DNA of 64,000 nucleotides from Paramecium tetraurelia (Eukaryota): NCBI GenBank assembly GCA_000165425.1, contig CT867988.1, positions 93,370 to 157,369 of the forward strand, read 5' to 3'. Shown piece by piece: positions 53,871 to 64,000 of this stretch (position 1 is its first letter; each line of letters starts with the position of its first letter). The notes under the pieces were generated by a model. It saw only the letters and a program-made list of their open reading frames with translations, ran no database searches and was not told where the DNA came from. The position numbers and the translations under genes were made by a program.

Positions 53871-55402
53871 TCATACTTTAAATGATTTTGTTAATGGATA
53901 CATATTTAATCCCGATTCCTTGAGTTCTGAAATCTAAGATTGTGCCCAATTGTTAAAAGCGTCCTTTTCTATTTACGAGCGAAGTTCCATTTATTTGGAC
54001 TCCTTCAGTTCATTTAGAAATTGGTTTCTTCTCATTTACTTTTTAAGTTCCTTAATAAGTTACTGATCATAATTACAATTTGCATCTTTTGATATTCTTG
54101 GATCTCTTTGTTTCTTCGTTTCAAAGTTTCCTTTTATTGATCCTCCACAGAAGACAATTATTGTAAAGCACTTATTTTCAATTGATGTTCCTATTATAAT
54201 TCTTATTGCTCCTTCTCTTTTTATTTTTCTTTCAATATTAGTTGCTATAATCGAAATTGTTCCCCATCTTAGATCATCTATGATTTTTCTAATTCCTTTT
54301 ATTTGGCCACTTCCTCCTCATGCTTTTACAACTCCTCGGCATGTTTTTGTACTCTTTACATATAATCATCATCTTATTTTTTCAATTCTTAAACTCTAAT
54401 GTCATAGATCTGCTGTCTGATTTTTAATTATCTTTGCTTCTTTTCTATTTCCTATTTAAATAATTAGAAATTACTCTTTCTTTTCTCATTTCTAAGACTC
54501 TATCCTTTTATTAATGATATCGATCTCTTTCCTTCGATTCATTCTCATCGAATTTCTATTCATCTTATTACTTTCTTTATTTAATTTGAAGGAATTGTTA
54601 ATGTTCAACTAATAATTTTTACTTTTTTAATTTATCTTCTTCTTTTTATTTTCTAAAATTGTATTACCAATAAATTTTACTCTTTCTTGATCTCCTCTTC
54701 TTCAGCTTATTTTTTGATTATTTCGCCTTCTTTTTTAAGTTAAACATATTCCTTAAGATACCTCTCTTTAACTTCATGATGCTGTTTGGCTAAGGAATCA
54801 TAAGTTTATTTTTTCAATTACTCTTTGAATTAACTTTTTTCCAATTCTGCCTATTCGGATAAAAACTTTTGGGTTTCAATTTCTCTTGTTTTTTATGCTT
54901 CAAACATTAATTGCATTTCCTATTTGTCCTTGTTCAACTTAATCAGTTTCTAATTGGCTTTGTCTATCTCTGACCATAACATTTTAGATTTCATGTTTCT
55001 CACACTTAAATATAGTTGATACTATAATACTCTGCTCTCTATCCAAATATTTTGTTATTGGCATCGCCTATTTAATCAATCTTTAGTTTTTCTTGATAGT
55101 CTGCTTCTTCTCTATCAATCTTGCGTCTCTCCTCCTCCTCCAGGATGAATTTCTGGAACTTCTCCTTTTCTTTCTACTGTCTCTATTTCTCGATGCGTTA
55201 TGCCCAAACCTTTTGACTGTCAAAACTCTGAGCCCACATTTAATATAAGTTATACTTTCTATGGCTTCTACTCCGTGTAGGTGATGTGAGATTTTATTTA
55301 TTCGAGTTCAGCAGCAGTGATGATGGTGTGTGGTTATTTGATTGAGGGCAACACGAGAGATTTCGATTTGATATCGCTAAACTCTGATTAATATTTTGAC
55401 AT
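53871..55402 (-). CDS. TPH-domain coiled-coil ciliary protein, CFAP210/CCDC173-like
   Basis: EEEERRKIDREEADYQEKLK...ANNKIF...VRNMKSKMLWSE; long coiled coil; C-terminal FNNWAQSQISELKESGLNMYPL. Confidence 0.65.
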
Positions 55403-55430
55403 TTTATAATGATAATTTTATTATTGAATA

Positions 55431-58400
55431 TCAAAGTTAAATCTCTTGGTGTCTTTGCGAACGTCTAATCGAGGAACCACGACGCAATTCCAAAACACCA
55501 GAAGGTTTTCGCTATTCTTCCTACATCGATGGTGACTCAATGGATTCTGGGCATATCTAAAAGTATAATATCTCTATATATACAGCTTATTCTGGGATTA
55601 ATTTTAACAGAGCACTAACAACCCATCCAATTGATCCAACTAGTATACTAATCAGCCATTACTGAATTGTCAATCCATAGTAAGTGTAACATGAAAAGGC
55701 TATACCTGCAAAGGTAATCAAAATGATTTGGAGAGCAAAGATAAAGAACACAATTAAGATGAATAGAGAACTATGATAAATTATGCATAATGATACTTAT
55801 TGCCAATATTCTCGAAGATGTTGAATTCATCATTCAATTTTCTACTATTTAGGAAATTAAATAGCTGCATCATTACAAACATATTGAAGATGAAAGTGAA
55901 ATGTCTGCTAGGTACCATAAATTCTCTATAGACAGGTTCATAATCATCCTTACCATCCACAGTCAACATTCTCCCACTCCTAATCATTAACTACTCCGGG
56001 TAGTAATCCAAATTGTATTTAGGATGATTTAAATTCGATGGAAATTCATTATATTTTTTATCCACTAACCAATCACTTAATCTATCATCAAATCCATCCT
56101 CGTATTCAGGAATAAAATGTGGTGCTAAAAATACTGCAATCAACATAATGGCAATCTGAAATGCTGCTTAACCAATTATATGTTTGAGCATCTTTCTTGT
56201 AATTATGGATTGTGCTCTCGAATAGGGGCGATCATTTAACAATACTGGACTGGGAGGTTCAGTAGCTAATGCCAATGAGGCAAAAGAATCCATGATTAGA
56301 TTGACCCATAACATTTAAATGGGCTTAAGAACTTCTTATTTAAGAACAGCTGAAACAATTAGAGTCAGTCCAACAGCCACTACATTTACAGTCAATTGAA
56401 ATTGAAGGAACTTACGAATTGATTAGAATATGTTTCTACCCCACATCACAGCTTTGACAATATCACTGAAGTTGTCTTCCATAAGAATGATGGCAGCAGC
56501 ATCTTTGGCAACCTATGTTCCTGAGATTCCCATTGCAAATCCTACATCAGCCTTTTTCAAAGCAGGTGCATCATTTGTGCCATCTCCAGTGACAGCTACA
56601 ATGTGTTCACATTCCTTGAGACCAACAATCATAGCATATTTATCAGTAGGTCTAGATCGTGCCAAAACTGCAATTTGTGGATACAATGTTCTGAACACTC
56701 CCATATCCCCTAGAGTATCTACTCTTAATTAAGTTCCATTCTTCTCAGCTTCACTTTGAGTCCTTGCACATTTGCAGGATTCAGTTTGACAGCTCTTGCA
56801 TACTACTCCTCCTATTTTATTCATAAATTCAGCACCCTCCATCACTATAGCTTTACTATCTCCTGCTTCAATAATGCCACATGATAATGCTATTGCTCTT
56901 GCAGTCTCAGAGTTATCTCCAGTGACCATTCTAACTTTGATGCCTGCTTTCTTGCATTGAGTAACTGCTTCCTTGACTCCTTCCCTTAAATTATCCATTA
57001 TTCCTAAAAGACACAAGAAAGTCAAGTTACTTTTCTCGATCTCATACACTTTCCCATCATTGCTAACTAAATCTTCACTCCCATTCAAGTCTTTGTATGC
57101 AACACATATAGTTCTAAGTGATTATTTAGCCATTTCACTGATGATATTTTCAATCTATTTAATATCTTATTCTTTTAAGGGTATAATTTCATCATTAAAG
57201 GTATGTTGATGACTAAGACATTTTATTATTATTTCGCTTGCACCTTTGATATATAGCCTATTTACAGGTAATCCATTCTTCTAGGTGGATACAATTACAC
57301 TCATCCTCTTTCTGCCTGAATTAAATGGTATTTTTTGAAGATATTTGACTGAACTTTTTACATTTTTATAATCAACTTATCCTCTTCTCATGTATTCTAA
57401 TAATGCTACTTCAGTTTTTGATCCTTACTCTGGATCCAACTCTGCCGAAGAATTGCAACATATAGATTCAATCATCAATTATTTGATTTTACCAAACACT
57501 CCTAAATCTTATTCTCTGGCCAGATAATTGACTTCGATGTAGTTCTGATTCCACATTTTAGTCAAAGTCATCTTATTCATGGTCAAAGTTCCAGTCTTGT
57601 CAGAACAAATAGAATCAGCTCCTCCCATAGTTTCACAAGCATACATCTTCCTTACTAAATTCCTATCATTCATCATCTTCTGAACTGAATATGCTAATGA
57701 TATGGTCACAGACAAGGGTAATCCTTCAGGAATAGCAACTGCTAAAACAGTAATTCCCAAAATGATAAAGTTCAGTATTTCCATCCAATGTTTACTGTGA
57801 TCCCATTCGTCTTCAATTCCTCTTTCAATAGCCAATCTAATCATCAATACAATCACAATCAATATGGCAGCATACAACCCAAATTTACCAATATCTTCAG
57901 CTATGATAGTTAACTTTTATTATAAAGGTGTCTCTTCATCTTCCTCCTATTCCAATGAAGCCTTGATCTAACCTAAACAAGATAGATCTCCAACAACGCA
58001 GACAACGAACAGTCCTTCTCCCTCCAAGACTCTAGTACCTGACAATAGGGCTGGAGATGGGATAAGAAATCTATCCTTCTCTCCAAATTCAGCACCTTCA
58101 CTAATTAATTCATCCTTTTTCATCAAACATTGTTAAATAGTCCCTTTCTTAATTGAGTTGGTTTCTCCTGTCATGGAAGATTCATCCATCTTAATTTCTG
58201 AGGCCTCTATCAGTATTCCATCAGCTGGTATCTCCATACCTTCCACCAACTTGACGATGTCTCCAACTAAGCAATTCTCTTCATGCATTCTGTGTTCTTT
58301 GCCATCACGAATGATAGTCACAATTTTAGACTTCTCACTTACAGCATTCAACTTACGGAATTGTTTCTCTTTTGAGTAATCATTCAAAGCAGCAACATTA

Positions 58401-58880
58401 GTACATACAAGTACAGCCACAAAAATAGCAAAACCTTCAATCCAAGCTAAGGATCTGTGTTCGTCATCTGAAGTTGCAACCTATATAACAATGCTTGCAA
58501 AGGCGGCAACAGTCAATATTCTCATAGTGAAGTCTCCCATAGCATCCATCAATAATTCACAATACGTTTAAGGTGCTCGTACTTCTCGCTTATTGTGGCC
58601 ATACAATTCTGTCCGTTTGCTGATGTCATTACTCACTATGCCACCAGTAATGGATGTGCATATCCCATCCAATAAGCTGTCTAATTCTTCATAATGTACT
58701 CGTACCTAATCCACCTAGTTACTGGAGGAAGTCTATTTCTTCACACATCCTCCTTCTTTGATTCAGTGTGAAGATATTCTACAATTGTTGAGCTGAGAAC
58801 TTGAAACCTCCCATATTGAGTCTCATCTCTTCTTCTCTAACTGTAACATTCACATCAGTTTTTAAAGCCGATTGATTCAT
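55431..58880 (-). CDS. PMCA: Plasma-membrane Ca2+-ATPase (P2B type)
   Basis: [70 protein letters not shown]. Confidence 0.97.
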
Positions 58881-58935
58881 TAATTTAATGATTAGAAAGA
58901 AACTTGAAAATTTGAGAAGAGAAAGAACCAAAAAA

Positions 58936-59655
58936 ATGTAAAATCTTCTACCTGCCATCGTCGCAGATAGAATGGCTCCCTCCTTCTTTTATTACATGTT
59001 TGAACCATACGTTGACTTCAAGAAAATCGCACAATCAGATGCAGTCTAAGTGTAACTTTCCACTCCTGAAAATGCCTTCGCTAAAGGCAGGAGATGTGCA
59101 GTCCAAGCAGCTCGTAAATCTAAGGCTTTGTAGATGATGGGCAATCAATTGAAACTTTCAGTGGATGAGCAGATTGAGTCCTTTGCTGTCCCTGAAGAAA
59201 AGGGAAATCCAATTAAGTTTGAACCCTATTCTCTCCAGAGAGCTGCCCTCTATGACAAAGGGTGTATCACATGCGGTGGTCCAAATATTAGTGTCACATA
59301 TCATGGTGAAAGACATATATGTTTGAAATGCAGAGATCACATCACCACTTTGGATGGAGATCCAGTTCTTATATTTTAAGATGATGATGGAGAAGTGTGC
59401 GTTGTTGGGATTTCAGATAAAAAGAAACTCTATTTCATTTAACTTGATGAACTCAAAATTAATGGTTATAGGTGCTATGTCACTTTTAGTAATGAAAATG
59501 AAATTATTTGCTTATTGCATGACTCCTTAAATGACAAATAGAAAAAGGATCTAGTTCCACCCAGCGCCTTATGGTAAGCTGAAAAGGACGAGCAAATCAG
59601 AAAACCAAAAGGCAAAAACTTTGTCATCCTTAATAAACAGCGTGTTCAAAAATGA
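58936..59655 (+). CDS. Intronless 239-aa protein with CxxC...CxxC zinc-ribbon domain
   Basis: 720-nt table-6 ORF MQNLLPAIVADR...; CITCGGPNISVTYHGERHICLKCRD. Confidence 0.8.
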
Positions 59656-59680
59656 TTATATACTTCATGATTAATTATAA

Positions 59681-61615
59681 ATGAGAAGTGTACGGGAGTG
59701 CAAATTCTAAAAGACCCTTGTCTACCATTCCTAAGACCCAATCATAAATCATGGAAATAGCCATGCCTCCCTCAGCCAGGAGGATTATGCCGAGCATGCA
59801 TAACCTTCTTGAAACCTTATACACGAAGAAATGCGAAGAGTTGAGGATTCAATTACAACCAGACCAAATGGGGAGATTCCAAGAAAGGGTCTTGAGCCAA
59901 TACTCAGGACACACCATTGATTTATCGGAGCTATCTTTGCCTGCCAATTGCACAGTCTTGATCAATAAAGTTGTTAAGAATGTCCCCTTTGTTTGTTCTT
60001 TCACAAAATCCCCTTTATGACGGGATCAGAAATCTGTAACTCCCTATGGTTAGTTTGACCTTGTGTAATTGCGGAATCGGTCCTAGGGGTTTCGCAGTTC
60101 TTTTCCAAACCCTTTCAATAAATCAAACACTCTACCATCTCAATATTGGTAATCCTTTTTCTAATGAGAGGAATAGACTTGGATTAGCACTAAATCAATT
60201 GGCAGAGGCATTGAAGAAGAATAGAATTTTGGCAATCTTAGACATAAGTGGTTGTGGAATCTATGATTTAAGAAAATTGAATAGTGCCTTTGCAGAAAAC
60301 AGGAATCTACTACACATAAATGTTTCTGATAATGAACTCAAAGACACACTGACATTGCCGTCATATCTTGAGAGATTGGAAGCACAAAATAATATGTTTG
60401 GATAATAGGTAGTTTAAATATGTGAACAATTGAGACAAGGCTCTGATTCTGTCCACGCTCGAGAAATCAATCTCAAAAGAAATAAATTAACTATTAATCA
60501 ACTATTTGCTATACTAGAGTAAATTGAAAGAAACACTCATCTTAATAAATTAATACTAGATGAAAATACATTCATTGGAGAAAACAATATTTGTATATGC
60601 AATTATCTAGTTTACAACAATCACCTCGAGTACCTTTCCTTAAGGAATTGTTCATTGACCTAGAACTTTATCGAGCAATTGGCATCTGGATTATGCAGAA
60701 ATGGAAGTTTGAAGACTCTGGACATTAGTAAGAATATCATCGGAGATCAAGGAGTTTTAGCATTGGTGCAAGGCTTTTAGGGTTCATGCAATCTCAAAAG
60801 CATTATTATGAAAAGATGTGGCATGACGGATCTAAGTGGCTTAGAATTATTCAAAACATTTCTCAAATCCAACATCTAGGAGTACGATTTCTCAAACAAT
60901 CTTATGGGAGACTAAACTGCAATGTATGCGATTTAATTGATTAAGAAGAATAAGGATATCATCAAAATGAACTTTAAAAAGAATCTCAATTCGTATGAGA
61001 CTAACAATTAAATTGAAAAATTGCTACTTGAGAACATCTAGGATCGGAAGAGAAATGTTATTCCGCATCTCCGGCATAAGATTTAAGGAATGACCAATTA
61101 CAGAGAATAATAGGATTATGTTGACAAGAAAAAGGGAACAGCTTTTTGGTCAAAAAGGTTCAAGCTGAAAAGGATTTTAAGTTTGCTTAATCTCAAGTAG
61201 TTTTATGTTAATAGGGGGCCAAGGAACGTACTTAAACTGTCGAGGAGAGAATGATCAAATTGAGAGAGGAAGCCCAACAATTGACCGTATAGTAATTAAA
61301 TTTGGATAAATTTCTTTGGAATTAAATTGCTGTGATTGAGGATGAGCAGAAAGTATATGCTGATTAATTGAAGAATGAGAATGCTTTGATTGTGAATTTA
61401 AACAAACAAATCTAAGAAGCTTAAGTATTAATTCTTATCATATAAAGAGTAAATAAAAATCTATTGTCTAAATTTACAAATAGCAAATGGAGAATCTTAA
61501 ATTGTAAGATGGAATTCAAAAAAGAAAATTAGATTAATAATAATAAGAATACAATAGTATTTTATCATAATTAGAATTTGTTAAAAAATAACAGAAAACA
61601 ACGATTAAAAAATGA
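59681..61615 (+). CDS. RNI-like leucine-rich-repeat protein with C-terminal coiled coil (apparent +1 frameshifts as given)
   Basis: Repeats such as LTLCNCGIG, LDISGCGI, LEYLSLRNCSL, LKTLDISKNIIGDQG. Continuity needs single-base removals at runs near 59695, 59986, 61135 and 61145. Confidence 0.75.
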
Positions 61616-61800
61616 TAACATTATTTAATTATCTATATTTACATCTAATGGGTTCACACTAATTCCAATGAAACATTCAAACACATTTTTGCATTCCAAA
61701 AATAATATTATTTTTCTTCTCTCCAAAATTAAGTGGATATTTCTTTAAAATACTCACTATATAAATAAATAACTGCAAATAAAAATCTTAATTTAAATTA

Positions 61801-62159
61801 ATGAATAGAAAAATCACACTTTTGGTATTATTAGCCTGTGTTGTTTGTGTTGCAACACTCATGTTTTCATTCGCCCCAGCAGGTACTATATTAAAGTTAT
61901 TTCAAAGATGCCGAAATTGAAATTGAAAAAGAGCCACTCATTCTCCGCCTCAAAGAATCACGAATGGGGATTTGACGGATATACTCCATATGACAAAGGC
62001 TGTCAAAAGAAATGTACCGATGCTAAGGGTGTAAGTTGCGGAAAAGCTCAATAAAATTGCTGTAAACCAAATGACTGCAAGGAGGAAGACAATTGGTATG
62101 GAAGTTCATTTGTTTGCAATGCAAGAGTCCCAGTTGAAGGCTGCACTAAGCCCAAGTGA
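61801..62159 (+). CDS. Small secreted Cys-rich prepropeptide (8 Cys, knottin-like); 1 intron, one apparent +1 frameshift
   Basis: Signal peptide MNRKITLLVLLACVVCVATLMFSFA; intron 61883-61907; mature region CQKKCTDAKGVSCGKAQQNCCKPNDCKEEDNWYGSSFVCNARVPVEGCTKPK-TGA. Confidence 0.7.
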
Positions 62160-64000
62160 AAATGAGCATATTCATTTAATTATTCAAATCATAATTCCAT
62201 TCATATCTTCTCTGATACAACGAAATCTCAAAATGACATAACAATTGTTTTCTCCTTATGCACTGTCCACATGATGCACTATCATATTTATTATCTCAAT
62301 TAGATGTAACAGCCAAGCACAAAGCATATTAGAACTGTTCTTCTAATTAATAAAAGATTCTTTTGAATCTTATGACTAATATGTATATTTATTTGCATTC
62401 TTATGTATAAAAAGATATGTTTTAGTTCGTTGTAATGAAATAATTTCCTCAAGAACAAGACCCATAACTAGACTATTTACTCAGAAATTATGAACAATGT
62501 AAATTAAAATAGAAGTACAGATTTTAATTTTTAAACCAGGCTTTTCTATCTGATATTTAAAATTAATATGTTTAAGAATTATAAATCCTCTCGATGATAA
62601 CATTACAATTCTTTATTTGGAGCCAATGTTTTGAATGACAAGTAAGATTCAAATTTAAAATTTACTTCTAACTTACCAAAGATTTCAAATAATTTGATTA
62701 ATCAATTTTAAAATAGTTGTTGTGATAACATAAAAACTAAACATATACATAAATCTATAAACTAATGAAGTATAATATCACAATGAAAAAAATAATATTA
62801 ATTTATTTTATTGATAATTAAGAAAATCTAATAGTAAATTAATTTAAATATGTATTCATATATAAAATATAAGCTTGGTTAATATGATAAACAAGCTATC
62901 TATAAATTAATTAAAATAGAACAATAAAATTATATATTATATTTTTATTTTTTAATCTTAAAAAAAGCCTTCACTCTTTTAAATAATAAATGATAGATGA
63001 ATAAGACCTTCTGTATTATTTGATAAAGTATTTTTATTGACTCATGTATGCTTTGTTGTTCTATTGAAGATTTATATCAAAGTTATCAAATAATAATAGA
63101 AAATCGAATAAGTTTGGTACATGATTGTTAACTAATTTTCAGCTGTTTTTTGATCATATTATTAAAAAATTTAGGAGGTCTTATAAAAATCAAAGTATAT
63201 TTAATAATTGATTAACCTTAAGCCTAGAAATCCTCTTAAAGTGAATTCTTAGAGAACAATTCTTTAAATCTATCTTTCTAAAATTCTTGCCATACTCATA
63301 AAAAAATTCAATTCTTTATAATCATTTTAAAAGGAACCTTAGCTGAAATGAATTCTCATTTATATTTTTTGATTGTAATCCGCCCCCTCTAATCGTTTCA
63401 ATAGATTCAATTTTTGAATTTTAATATTTTAAATAACAATTGTTTCATTCCCTTCCAAATCATCCTTATCTTGAATAATTATTGTTCATAATCATTATGC
63501 CAATTGGTTACTTTTGGATTTTGGAATAATCCTCACAGCTTTCTAACAATATTTACATGTTTAATATATATATTACAATAATTAATAATGTCGTTATTAT
63601 AATCTAACTAATTTAAAAATACAAAGTAATTTAAATACAGGTATAAATGGTATTATATAATTAGAAAGATGAAACATTGAGGTAAATACTCACATTCTTG
63701 TATTAGTTCATGATCAATTAATTATTTTATGATGAATAATTGTAATTAATACGTTTGCGATAAATTAAAATATAATTTTAGATTGAAGATTGTTGTTTTT
63801 CGAGTAGATGAAATATGATCTTATTAATACTCAACCATGAAACTTTTTTGATACTTTGTAAGGATGTCGAATCCGAGATTTGATATTTGATCCTGCGACT
63901 AGCCCATCATTTTATTTATAAAAATTTGAATCTATTTCTGGATAAGGATAATTCTTATCTCCTAAATAGTGAAGGGGGATGCTTAGATTAAATAAGAAGT

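Overview
AT-rich, gene-dense eukaryotic DNA that reads as a ciliate macronuclear chromosome segment, most likely Paramecium (aurelia-type). TAA/TAG occupy conserved Gln positions (HSP90 [16 protein letters not shown] and MKA-TAA-ALRD), TGA is the only stop, introns are about 20-32 nt GT..AG, and intergenic gaps are often under 50 nt. The supplied standard-code ORF track therefore fragments the genes, so I re-read the window by hand with translation table 6. About 37 protein-coding genes result. Recognisable ones: HSP90, RPL35, RPS7, a PMCA Ca2+-ATPase, an EAG/CNBD-type K+ channel, NEK and AGC kinases, a Sel1-like-repeat pseudokinase, a DEAD-box helicase, 3R-Myb, TIS11-like CCCH, PTB/hnRNP-L-like, ERGIC/Erv41-46, SLC49-like MFS, Pirh2/RCHY1, FHA-RINGv, SAXO-like, CFAP210-like, a CAP protein, an H-lectin plus beta/gamma-crystallin protein and a giant PAS membrane protein. 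There are also several decayed relics. I saw no rRNA, tRNA, CRISPR array, telomere or transposon. Best leads: a knottin-like secreted Cys-rich prepropeptide (61.8 kb), two members of an uncharacterised two-TM family with ERGIC/ENaC-like signatures, and an intronless Zn-ribbon gene resembling a bacterial domain. Coordinates are from manual reading and intron boundaries may be off by a few nt. All family calls are motif recognition, not database results.
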